62,537 nt of DNA from Candidatus Woesearchaeota archaeon (GCA_964527365.1 CAZGQV010000001.1:8828-71364); one strand, 5' to 3'; shown: positions 38,897 through 47,529, counted from the stretch's first letter. The notes: generated from the sequence alone by a model not told the origin. Numbers and translations: made by a program.

Positions 38897-40210
38897 ATGA
38901 AAAAAGAGGTCAAAATTAAAATGAAATCGAAGATTTCTAATCATCCAAATTTTAAAGGAATTCAAATGAAAGGTATCTTTGTAATTATGGATGGGGTGGG
39001 AGATTTAGATAATAAGCAACTTGGGGGTAAAACGCCTTTGGAAGCTGCAAATACTCCCAATTTAGATTTTTTGGCAACTCGGGGGGAGATGGGTTATATG
39101 TATCCGATTAAGCCCGGTTATTCTCCAGGTTCAGATGAAGCCATTGTAACCTTTTTTAGGAATGAATTATCCGATTCTACTAGGGGGAGGCTCGAAGCAG
39201 CAGGAGCTGGTTTGAAATTGAATAAGGGTGATTTAGCATTAAGAGTTAATTTTGGAACAATTGGTAGTTTAGAAAAAGGAAACGTTGTAGGTCGCCGAGC
39301 TGGTAGAACTTTAAGCAATAAAGAAGCAAGGAAATTGGCAGAATCAATCAATAAAATAGAATTTTCCTATAAATTTGAATTTGTTCCGACAGTTCAACAT
39401 CGGGCAGTATTAGTTATTCGTGGAAATTTTTCAGATAAAATTGCGGGAGACGATATAACTTATCAAAAAGGGATTTCAAAAAAAATCGAAAAAATTGTTC
39501 CTTGTCAGCCTTTAGTTAAAACAGAAAATGCTAAGCATACTGCAAATGTTTTGAATGAATTTTTAATTTTAGCTTATGATGTTTTAAGAAATCATGCAGT
39601 AAATATTGAAAGAAAAAATAGGGGACTTTTGCCTGCAAATTATTTATTGGTTCGAAATCCTGGGGTGGAAAAACCCAAATTAAAACAATATAAAAATTGG
39701 ATTTCAACTCATTCAATGCCTTTGGAAGTTGGATTTTCAGAATTGAGTGGAATGAATAATTTTTCTTTCACGTATCCTTCTTTGAAAGGGCTTGATGCAT
39801 ACAAAAATTTATGGGATGGATTAAAAAAATCAGTTAGGCATTCAATCAAGGTTCTTAAAAAGAATTTTAATAAATCAGAATATTGTTATATTCATTTTAA
39901 AGAAACGGATCTTCCTGGACATGATAATAAGCCTCTAGAAAAGAAGGCAATGATAGAATATTTGGATAAAACTTTTTTTAAATTTTTAGTTAGGAGTTGT
40001 CCTCAAAGAAAAATTAAAATTTTAATAACGGGAGATCATTCAACTCCTTGCAAACTCAAAAATCATTCTGCTGATCCTGTGCCTGTTTTATTATATAATG
40101 GAAAACTTCCCCAAGAAAGAAAATATTTTAATGAACATGGGGCTCGTAAGGGGAGTCTCAAAAGAATTTTAGGGAAGGATTTATTGAAGAAGGTTGGTTT
40201 TGTTAAATAA
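38897..40210 (+). CDS. apgM: Cofactor-independent phosphoglycerate mutase, archaeal type
   Basis: VIMDGVGD, TPLEAANTPNLD, PGSD, ETDLPGHD, TGDHSTPC, HSADPVP; start may be 38966 (MKGIFVI). Confidence 0.95.
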   Translation: MKKEVKIKMKSKISNHPNFKGIQMKGIFVIMDGVGDLDNKQLGGKTPLEAANTPNLDFLATRGEMGYMYPIKPGYSPGSDEAIVTFFRNELSDSTRGRLEAAGAGLKLNKGDLALRVNFGTIGSLEKGNVVGRRAGRTLSNKEARKLAESINKIEFSYKFEFVPTVQHRAVLVIRGNFSDKIAGDDITYQKGISKKIEKIVPCQPLVKTENAKHTANVLNEFLILAYDVLRNHAVNIERKNRGLLPANYLLVRNPGVEKPKLKQYKNWISTHSMPLEVGFSELSGMNNFSFTYPSLKGLDAYKNLWDGLKKSVRHSIKVLKKNFNKSEYCYIHFKETDLPGHDNKPLEKKAMIEYLDKTFFKFLVRSCPQRKIKILITGDHSTPCKLKNHSADPVPVLLYNGKLPQERKYFNEHGARKGSLKRILGKDLLKKVGFVK

Positions 40211-40269
40211 TTGTTTTTATCTTTTAGTAGGACAATAATAATTAAAAGAGAAGAGATTTTGATTAATGC

Positions 40270-40827
40270 ATGATCACGTACAAAGATATTTATGAAGCAG
40301 CAAAAAAAGAGAGATATTCTGAAAATCTACAGCCAATTCAAAAGAGTTTCGTTAAAGAAGTTGCTATTTATTTGAAAGAAAAAAGAGATGCAGCTTCAAA
40401 AGAAAATGATGTTTTTTCTGATGTTTTATTGAAGACAAAGAAACAATTAGAAAATGCTATTACTTTATTTCAAGAATTACTTCGACGGAGAAGAAAGAAA
40501 ATTTTAAATTTGGTTTTGATTGCAAGTGAGACAGGTATTTCTAAACAAGATTTTGATAATATGCTCTTAATTGAAAAAAGTTTATTTGAAGATTTGATGC
40601 AATGTATTGAGAGGTCTGACAAGAAATTAAATGAAATTTTAACCGGGGAAAAAGATGAAGATTCACAGAAGAATGATTTAATTGTATTTTTAGAAGAAAT
40701 TGAAGAGTTTGTTGCTCCAACAGGCGAAAAATTTGGGCCCTATAATGTTGGCCAATTTGTAAATCTTCCAAAAGAGATTGCCCAGATTCTTGTTGAAGAT
40801 AAAAAAGCAGAAAGTATGGAAAAATAA
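40270..40827 (+). CDS. GINS complex protein (Gins51/Gins15 type)
   Basis: Helical A-domain (RRRRKKIL), then B-domain IVFLEEIEEFVAPTGEKFGPY...LPKEIAQILV. Confidence 0.82.
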   Translation: MITYKDIYEAAKKERYSENLQPIQKSFVKEVAIYLKEKRDAASKENDVFSDVLLKTKKQLENAITLFQELLRRRRKKILNLVLIASETGISKQDFDNMLLIEKSLFEDLMQCIERSDKKLNEILTGEKDEDSQKNDLIVFLEEIEEFVAPTGEKFGPYNVGQFVNLPKEIAQILVEDKKAESMEK

Positions 40828-40884
40828 TTTCAAGTTGTGTTAAATTTATTGTTTATTTTACCGTTCTTGAAAGTCTTTATAAAG

Positions 40885-40905
40885 TACTGCAATTTAAATG
40901 CAGTA
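40885..40905. promoter_or_regulatory. Perfect 7-7-7 inverted repeat just downstream of a TATA box (candidate operator)
   Basis: TACTGCA-ATTTAAA-TGCAGTA after CTTTATAAA, upstream of the thioredoxin-HTH operon. Confidence 0.6.
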
Positions 40906-41013
40906 TAAGGATTTGAAATTACGTATATCTTTTTGATTTACTTCGGTCCCAGGATTGTTTCGCAATCCTTTGCGGAAATATTTTCGCTAACAAAATATTA
41001 AGGAGAATAAAAA

Positions 41014-41346
41014 ATGACAGTAAAACAATTAAATTTGAATAATTTTGAAGAAAATGTTGTAAATTCAAGTTTTCCAGTAATTATTGATTTTTATGCTGAT
41101 TGGTGTGGTCCATGCCAAATGATGAAACCAGTTTTTGAAACTTTGAGTTCAGAATATGAAGGAAAATTAAATTTTCTGAAACTTGATACTCAAGCAGAAG
41201 AAGGATTGGCTATGAAGTTTGGTATTCAGGGAATTCCCGCTCTGGTGGTTATTAAAGACCAAAAAGAGGTTGGAAGAATTATTGGATATGTGGGTGGAGA
41301 TCAGTTGAAAATAAAAATTGATCAAATTTTTAAAAATTTGAATTAA
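41014..41346 (+). CDS. trxA: Thioredoxin
   Basis: IDFYADWCGPC, GIQGIPAL; AAGGAG ribosome-binding site. Confidence 0.96.
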   Translation: MTVKQLNLNNFEENVVNSSFPVIIDFYADWCGPCQMMKPVFETLSSEYEGKLNFLKLDTQAEEGLAMKFGIQGIPALVVIKDQKEVGRIIGYVGGDQLKIKIDQIFKNLN

Positions 41347-41348
41347 AA

Positions 41349-41693
41349 ATGATAGATTTTGCATGCAAAAAATTTGATTTGGAAGAAGTAATCAAATGTA
41401 GTTTGGGCTTGAGCAAATCGGAATTTAATTTATTAAATTTTTTGATTGAAAATGATCGTGAATTTACTACAGAAAATTTATCAAAAAAATTAAAATTAGA
41501 TAAATCAACAATTCAAAGGGCTGTGAAAAAAATGCACGAAAAAGGACTTCTTAGGAGAGGACAAATTAATCAGTCTGTTGGGGGGTATATTTTTTTATAT
41601 CAAATAAAGAATAAGGAAAAAATAAGAAAAATTATTTTAGAAACTGTTGATGGCTGGATTAAAGTATTTCATGAAAAGATTGGTAAATGGTAA
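41349..41693 (+). CDS. Winged-HTH transcriptional regulator (TrmB/MarR-like) with N-terminal cysteines
   Basis: DFACKK...IKCSLGLSKSEF, LKLDKSTIQRAVKKMHEKGLL. Confidence 0.85.
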   Translation: MIDFACKKFDLEEVIKCSLGLSKSEFNLLNFLIENDREFTTENLSKKLKLDKSTIQRAVKKMHEKGLLRRGQINQSVGGYIFLYQIKNKEKIRKIILETVDGWIKVFHEKIGKW

Positions 41694-41706
41694 GGTTTAT
41701 TAATTT

Positions 41707-41928
41707 TTGAGAAGTTTTTTTATTATGAAAAGGAGAATCATTTTTGGATTTTTTGTAGGATTATTTGGTTTTTTGTTAATGGGTATTCCCTTATTTATTG
41801 AAGGAAAAGACACTTTCTTTTCTTGGGCCCATGGTTTACCTATTTTTGTTATTGGTCTTGTAATTATGTTTAACAAAAAAGAAGATCAAATTGAGCAAAT
41901 AAATTTCAAGGAGGTTAAAAATGAATAA
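41707..41928 (+). CDS. Small two-TM membrane protein
   Basis: Two hydrophobic segments; start may be MKRRIIFG. Confidence 0.65.
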   Translation: MRSFFIMKRRIIFGFFVGLFGFLLMGIPLFIEGKDTFFSWAHGLPIFVIGLVIMFNKKEDQIEQINFKEVKNE

Positions 41929-42247
41929 TAAAATTATTGTAACTACTGGATTAGAAATTCCGGGGAAAAAAGTTGTTGAAATTTTGGAGGTTGTTAAGGG
42001 AAATACTGTTAGGGCGAGAAATATTGGTAGAGATATTGGTGCTGGTTTTAAAAGTTTAATTGGTGGGGAAGTAAAAACATATACCGAAATGACGACACAT
42101 TCCAGAGAAGAATCTTATAATAGGATGATTAATGAAGCAATAAAATTGAAAGCAGATGCAATTATTGGAGTTAGATTTATGACTTCGATGATTATGCAAG
42201 GAGCTTCAGAAATGCTTGCATATGGAACTGCAGTTAAATTGAAATAA
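41921..42247 (+). CDS. YbjQ/UPF0145 family protein
   Basis: IVTTGLEIPG, GNTVRARNIGRDI, GGEVKTY, ADAIIGVRF, AYGTAV. Confidence 0.95.
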   Translation: MNNKIIVTTGLEIPGKKVVEILEVVKGNTVRARNIGRDIGAGFKSLIGGEVKTYTEMTTHSREESYNRMINEAIKLKADAIIGVRFMTSMIMQGASEMLAYGTAVKLK

Positions 42248-42252
42248 TTAAA

Positions 42253-42567
42253 TTATTTTTCTTTGTTTTCTTTTTCTTTTTCTAAAGTATATAGATAGAA
42301 TATTTTGGAAGAAGTTTCAATTTTTTGATAATTCAATTTTCCTGAGTGTTTTTTTCTTGAACGGATACTCAAGGGAATTTTGAAATATTTTGTGACCCCT
42401 TTGTTTCCCCGAGTATTTATTTGTGATTCATGGGAACATAATTTTGAACTAAATAAATGAATATTTTTCATGTGGCCTTTTAAATTATATATTTCTTCTT
42501 GATCTAACATGATTTTGTAAAGAACTGTTTTATCTGGAAGTGTTTTTGAATTAATGATTTGTCCCAT
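42253..42567 (-). CDS. Hypothetical protein, paralog of 42699 gene; AbrB-like motif
   Basis: MGQIINSKT..NLKGHMKNIHLFS..TRGNKGVTKYFKIPLSIR. Confidence 0.78.
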   Translation of the reverse strand: MGQIINSKTLPDKTVLYKIMLDQEEIYNLKGHMKNIHLFSSKLCSHESQINTRGNKGVTKYFKIPLSIRSRKKHSGKLNYQKIETSSKIFYLYTLEKEKENKEK

Positions 42568-42698
42568 TGTTTTTTAAATAATGCAAATTTTTCCCCTTTA
42601 TTTATCCCTTAAATCAAATATTATTTATATATTTGTCTATTTTTGTATAAAATATAGAGAAAAGTACATTTTTTAAACTTTGAAATATTAAAAATAAA

Positions 42699-43001
42699 AT
42701 GGGTTCAATAATGGGAATAAAGACTACAAGGGATGACAAGGTTACAATCGAAGTTCAATTAGATTATGAAGAATCTTTAAAATTAAAGGGACATATAAAA
42801 AATATTCATCTTTTTTCAGAAGATTCTGCGGAGATAAAGGCAAATTTATCCCAAAGAGGAACAAATGAAGCAACAAAATATTTTTTAATTCCCAGGGAAC
42901 TTCGAGAAAATTTAACTTTTAATGAAAAAGTTAAATGTCAGAGGATTGATACTGAAAATAGGATAATTTTTATATATATGGTTGATAAAATTAAATTATG
43001 A
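42699..43001 (+). CDS. Hypothetical protein, paralog of 42253 gene; AbrB-like motif
   Basis: MGSIMGIKT..KLKGHIKNIHLFS..QRGTNEATKYFLIPRELR. Confidence 0.78.
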   Translation: MGSIMGIKTTRDDKVTIEVQLDYEESLKLKGHIKNIHLFSEDSAEIKANLSQRGTNEATKYFLIPRELRENLTFNEKVKCQRIDTENRIIFIYMVDKIKL

Positions 43002-43035
43002 ATATGGAATCTTATCTTACTGGGGAAAAATTGAA

Positions 43036-43731
43036 ATGAAAAGAAAAAATATAGGAATATTGGAAATTGACGAAATGATTGAAGGAGGTTTACCTCAAGG
43101 TAGCGTTGTTGGAATTTCTGGTTCTCCAGGGGTTGGAAAATCTATTTTTGCTTTGCATTTTTTACTTGGGGGGGCAAGAAATGGGGAAAAATCAGTATAT
43201 ATTAATTTAGAAGAACCTAGAAGAAATATAGATAATATGATTAAAGGGTTTGATTTTTCTAAAGAATTTTTTGAATATGAAAAAAAAGGATTAATTATAA
43301 TTAAATGTTTTAATTATTCAGAATATGAAAAGATTAGTTTTGATCTTTTGGAAAAAGTAAAAGAAGATGATAAAATAGAAAGATTAGTTATCGATAGTTT
43401 TAATTGTTTTTTTGATTCTTTGGAAAAAAATTGTGGAGAGGGAGATTATTTGGGTGCTCGAAGAATGATAAATTCTTCTTTTTCTTATTTCAGAAAAGAG
43501 AGTTTGAATACATTGTTAATTTTAGAAAAACATGAAAATACTTTGATAAATTTAGATTATAATATCCCTTACTTGGTTGATGGAATCATTAAATTAGATT
43601 ATTTAGATTTGGGAGTTATTGAAAGGAGAATTATTATTCCCAAAATGAGGTGGACAAATCAGCATAAAGAAAGTAAATTTTATGAAATCAATTCAGAAGG
43701 AATAAAAATTTTGAGTGAAAATCAAATTTAA
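43036..43731 (+). CDS. KaiC-like RecA-superfamily ATPase (single domain)
   Basis: GILEIDEMIEGGLP, GSPGVGKS, YINLEE, RLVIDS, LVDGIIKL, IPKMR; start reset to MKRKNIG. Confidence 0.9.
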   Translation: MKRKNIGILEIDEMIEGGLPQGSVVGISGSPGVGKSIFALHFLLGGARNGEKSVYINLEEPRRNIDNMIKGFDFSKEFFEYEKKGLIIIKCFNYSEYEKISFDLLEKVKEDDKIERLVIDSFNCFFDSLEKNCGEGDYLGARRMINSSFSYFRKESLNTLLILEKHENTLINLDYNIPYLVDGIIKLDYLDLGVIERRIIIPKMRWTNQHKESKFYEINSEGIKILSENQI

Positions 43732-43747
43732 ATAGATATTAAATAGT

Positions 43748-44905
43748 TTGGATTCTTTTATTTTGTATCATTTTTTTTGCAAAATGGATAATAAAAATGA
43801 AATCTTTGGAGAAACGGATCAAAGAATTTTATTTAATTGGATTTTTTCTAAAATTCTTATTTTAAATAGGCCTGGTGTTTTAATTAATCAATTTGCAAAT
43901 GATTCAAAAAATCAAACAAAGAAACGTCTTGTTTTTGAATTTGAAGATGTTGTTGTAAAACTTCAAAAAGAAACCATAAAAAAACTAGGTATAGAAAAAT
44001 CATTTAATTTCTGGTATAATCTGGGGAAAGAGTGGGGGTTTTATTATTTTTCTTCTATTGGAAGGAAATCTAAATCTATAAGAAATTTGGAAATTATCTT
44101 TAAACATTGGGGTTCAATGGGGGATAAAAATGGGACTTTGCTATGTAAAAAGGTTTTTTTTGAAAAGGAGAATGGGGATCTTTTTTTAGAGGGAAAAAAT
44201 AAGCTTGTTTGTAAATTTAGTGAAGAAAGGGGACTTTTTGTGGGTATTTTTGCTGGTTTTTTGAGTTTTTTAATGATGAAACCGGTTGAAGGATTTTCTA
44301 ATTGTTCTAAGCACCCACAAAAATGTCGAGCATTTTTTAGGGTTGTTTCTCTCGATGAAAGTTGGAAATTTCTCCCTCTCAAATCCATTAATAATTTTGA
44401 AAAATTAAATTTTCCTAAACCTCACATTCTTAATAAAAAGATTCAAACAACACAAGATTTTATTAAATTTAAAAAAATCTCTTTCGAAAAAAAAATAAAT
44501 ACATTTAAATTGTTAAATAAAACAGTAATCCCTTTTGATGGAAGTTTTATGCGGTTTGTTATTGAACATTTTTTTAGAATTAATCAAAAAAGAATATTAT
44601 CAAAAAATTTGATAAATAATTCAGAAAAAATAGCAAGAAAAATAATTACCGGCAAAAATTTATCAGAAAAGATAAGATGTTTTGATAATCTTTTTTCTGC
44701 AATGGGGCAAGGAATACCTTATGTTAAAAGAGAAGATCAAAAGATTCTTTGTACTTTATTATTTCCTCCAATAGATAAAAATACGGAATTTTATCAAGCT
44801 TTTTTAATAAATGGTTACTTGAATTATATTTTTGAAAAAAAATTAAAACTAGTAGATATAAAAATTTTTAAAAAACCTTTTGCAATTAGATTTTCTTATT
44901 TGTAA
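43748..44905 (+). CDS. Hypothetical protein with V4R-like domain(s)
   Basis: WYNLGKEWG, FKHWGSMG, FVGIFAGFLSFLM..EGFSNCSK..CR pattern, weakly repeated in the C-half; start codon uncertain (TTG). Confidence 0.6.
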   Translation: MDSFILYHFFCKMDNKNEIFGETDQRILFNWIFSKILILNRPGVLINQFANDSKNQTKKRLVFEFEDVVVKLQKETIKKLGIEKSFNFWYNLGKEWGFYYFSSIGRKSKSIRNLEIIFKHWGSMGDKNGTLLCKKVFFEKENGDLFLEGKNKLVCKFSEERGLFVGIFAGFLSFLMMKPVEGFSNCSKHPQKCRAFFRVVSLDESWKFLPLKSINNFEKLNFPKPHILNKKIQTTQDFIKFKKISFEKKINTFKLLNKTVIPFDGSFMRFVIEHFFRINQKRILSKNLINNSEKIARKIITGKNLSEKIRCFDNLFSAMGQGIPYVKREDQKILCTLLFPPIDKNTEFYQAFLINGYLNYIFEKKLKLVDIKIFKKPFAIRFSYL

Positions 44906-45059
44906 AATTTATTTTAATTAATGTTGTGTCATGATGTTATTATACAATTTTGGTTATCTCTATTTTTAATATTTTGGCAAATGATTTGTTTTTTTATGAT
45001 TTAGAAAGAATTAAACTAATAAATTTTTTTTAATTGTTTATGATGTTGGTTACAATCTT

Positions 45060-45281
45060 GTGATTAATAATAAAAATAAAATGGGTGATGAAATCATTAA
45101 CAAAATTGTTTCTTTATTGGAGAGCAGAGTTGAAGGTTTAACTATTACTGAAATTGTTAAATTATCTTCTTTTTCTCGTTCTTCTATTAGAACTGAACTT
45201 GCAAAATTAGAGGGTGCAAAAAAGGTTGAAATTCGTAAGATTGGGATGGCAAAAGTTTACAAGTTGAGGAAAATAAAATGA
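45060..45281 (+). CDS. Small winged-HTH protein
   Basis: GLTITEIVKLSSFSRSSIRTELAKLEGAKKV..IGMAKVY. Confidence 0.85.
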   Translation: MINNKNKMGDEIINKIVSLLESRVEGLTITEIVKLSSFSRSSIRTELAKLEGAKKVEIRKIGMAKVYKLRKIK

Positions 45282-46186
45282 AATTTTGGACGAGTTTTAT
45301 TATTTTTTTGGGAATTCTTTTTCTTTCTATTTTGGGCTTTTATTTTTTTGATTCAAATGAAATTCCCATAACTGGAAATGTTCCTTTGACGGGGATTTTG
45401 GAAAAACAAGGAGATCAATTAAATTTTACTTCCACAGTCATGAATATTTCTTTTGAAATGAATGAAAATGAAATTTATCGACTTTGGGATTTAAATTATG
45501 CATTATTGTTTGAAGTCAATTCTATCCAACCCGTTAAGGTCAAATTAAATTATTTAATTCTTGATGATTTAGGAAATCCAATCTATTTTGGTGAGGAAGA
45601 ATTAATTGTCTCAGAAAGTTTTATTTTTGAAGGCAATTTTGATAAAAAAGCTACTCAGGAAATAAATTTGGATTCAGGTAAATATTTCCTGGTTTTGGGG
45701 GTGTCTTATCTGAATATTGATGATTCTTTCAAAGGAGATTTTGAAATAAAAGAGGCTAGTTCATTGGGATATTTATTAAAACAACTTTTTGATATTAAAT
45801 TAGAATTGGAAGAGGATGTTGTTTATTCTTCTAAGGATTTAGTTGCAAATGTGGTTTTTGAAAATTTTGGAGAAGGAGCAACTCTTGTAAATTTAACATT
45901 TATCATTTTTGATGAAAATGATTTAGAAGTTTATCGTGATAATCTTGAAACTATTGTAGAAACAGAACAATTGGTTAAAGAAAGTTTTCTGGGATTAGAT
46001 ATTCTCCCAGGAAAATATGTTGTTATTTTAAGAACAATTTATGGTGGTGGAGTAGAAGATTATTTTGAACAATCTTTTGAATTGAAGAAAAAACAAGATT
46101 ATTGGTTTTTGGTTATTTTTGGATTTATTTTATTGGGGGGAATTTATTTTCTTTTTCGGGAAAGATTTAAGGGAAAGAAAAAATAA
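45278..46186 (+). CDS. Membrane-anchored extracellular protein with Ig-like beta domains
   Basis: N-terminal TM, two related beta-rich domains, C-terminal TM followed by basic tail. Confidence 0.75.
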   Translation: MKFWTSFIIFLGILFLSILGFYFFDSNEIPITGNVPLTGILEKQGDQLNFTSTVMNISFEMNENEIYRLWDLNYALLFEVNSIQPVKVKLNYLILDDLGNPIYFGEEELIVSESFIFEGNFDKKATQEINLDSGKYFLVLGVSYLNIDDSFKGDFEIKEASSLGYLLKQLFDIKLELEEDVVYSSKDLVANVVFENFGEGATLVNLTFIIFDENDLEVYRDNLETIVETEQLVKESFLGLDILPGKYVVILRTIYGGGVEDYFEQSFELKKKQDYWFLVIFGFILLGGIYFLFRERFKGKKK

Positions 46187-46257
46187 GCCTGTAGAGGGAT
46201 TCAAACCCACGACCTACTGCTTACAAGGCAGCCGCTCTATCACTGAGCTATACAGGC
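46186..46257 (-). tRNA. tRNA-Thr (TGT)
   Basis: Reverse complement GCCTGTATAGCTCAGTGATAGAGCGGCTGCCTTGTAAGCAGTAGGTCGTGGGTTTGAATCCCTCTACAGGCT. Confidence 0.93.
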
Positions 46258-46303
46258 ATAGAATATTATTAGAAACAGGTTTTTTAAAAGTTATTGTTCA
46301 AAA

Positions 46304-46855
46304 CTATTCAGTTTTTTCTTCTTTATCTTTTTCAACTTTCAAAACTCTTATTTCACACAAGGATAAAGGGTAAATTTTTTTCAAGATAATACTCAATTCT
46401 CTTTGAATTTTATTTCTTAGAACGTCAGCATATAAATTTTCTGATGAATTTTCTTTGGCCCATTTAACTAATTCTTCTTTTGCTTTATTTCTTAAAGCTT
46501 TTCTTACGGCTCTTGAAACTTTCCTTCTTGTAACTAAAAAGGGTTTTATTCTAATTATTGCATCTTTACATTCTGTTGAAAATGAATCTTCAACATAATT
46601 TGTTCCACGTCTAACCATTCTTCTTAGATAATAAGGCATTAATCTTAATTCTCTTGGTTGAGTTATTACTTCTTCGCCAATAACTTTTGTTTTGAATGTA
46701 ATTAACATGGATTTTCCTTTGAAAATTCTAGTTAAATCATATTTAATGAATCGATTATCCAAATCTTTTATTTCATATGCTTGAAGTTGAGTTTGTTTTT
46801 TTATTAAAGGCATTTCGATATTGAAAAACCTTTTTTTCTTTTTTGCTATTGCCAT
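46304..46855 (-). CDS. rps3ae: 30S ribosomal protein S3Ae (eS1)
   Basis: RFIKYDLTRI, YLRRMVRRGTNYVEDSF, SIILKKIYPL..EIRVLKV. Confidence 0.92.
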   Translation of the reverse strand: MAIAKKKKRFFNIEMPLIKKQTQLQAYEIKDLDNRFIKYDLTRIFKGKSMLITFKTKVIGEEVITQPRELRLMPYYLRRMVRRGTNYVEDSFSTECKDAIIRIKPFLVTRRKVSRAVRKALRNKAKEELVKWAKENSSENLYADVLRNKIQRELSIILKKIYPLSLCEIRVLKVEKDKEEKTE

Positions 46856-46856
46856 T

Positions 46857-47171
46857 TTATTCTTGTATTACTTTTCCTGCCCTTTGTCCTTTTTTCTGAT
46901 ATTTGGATTTTTTACACTCTTTACAAGTGTACATTATGTTTGTCTTTTTAGTTGTTTTGGATTTTCTTTTATTTTTTGTAATTGCGGGTTTAGAGCCCCA
47001 TTTTCCCAAGTTACCAATTCCTCTTCCAATCCCTCTTAATTTAGCTCTTGCTTTTCCACCACCACGAGTCATGGTTCCTCTTGCAAATCCTGTACCGATA
47101 TTTTTTATTTTTTGTTCCGTTTTTTTCTTACAATAAGGACAAAACCTGTTTGTTGTTTTTGGAATCTTCAT
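46857..47171 (-). CDS. rpl44e: 50S ribosomal protein L44e (eL42)
   Basis: MKIPKTTNRFCPYCKK, KTTKKTNIMYTCKECKK. Confidence 0.93.
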   Translation of the reverse strand: MKIPKTTNRFCPYCKKKTEQKIKNIGTGFARGTMTRGGGKARAKLRGIGRGIGNLGKWGSKPAITKNKRKSKTTKKTNIMYTCKECKKSKYQKKGQRAGKVIQE

Positions 47172-47230
47172 ATTTTTAATGTGAGGAATTAGTTTATAAA
47201 GTTTTTGTTCGTAGTGGTCCCGTAGTTAAA

Positions 47231-47509
47231 ATGAAAAGAATAAAGTTTAAAAAAGGAGAGCAGAGAAAATTTTTAAAAAAAGTTTTGGAAGAACTTAATT
47301 GTCCTTCTTTACGAGCATTAAATCAATTTGGATTTGATATTCCTTATTCGACTTTGAAGAATTATTTTATTGAATTAAGGGTTATGCCAAAGAATTTTTT
47401 TGATGATTTATGTTATTTATCTAAAGTAGATGAGAGAGATTTTGAATTTGAAGTGTTGGATGAAAATTGGGGACAAGTTCTTGGGGGATCAACGAAAAAG
47501 GTTAAATAG
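47231..47509 (+). CDS. Hypothetical protein resembling the N-terminal region of DPANN LAGLIDADG-associated proteins; no nuclease domain
   Basis: RIKFKKGEQRKFL...YSTLKNY...NWGQVLGG (family resemblance from memory). Confidence 0.55.
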   Translation: MKRIKFKKGEQRKFLKKVLEELNCPSLRALNQFGFDIPYSTLKNYFIELRVMPKNFFDDLCYLSKVDERDFEFEVLDENWGQVLGGSTKKVK

Positions 47510-47529
47510 TTTGTTTTTATTATTATTTT

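Noticed and set aside
42982-43731. Circadian clock kaiC
   Set aside because: Single ATPase domain with no kaiA or kaiB; called KaiC-like only.
41014-46257. Integrated element at tRNA-Thr
   Set aside because: Low GC and position next to the tRNA 3' end are suggestive, but I found no duplicated tRNA end, integrase or other mobility gene.
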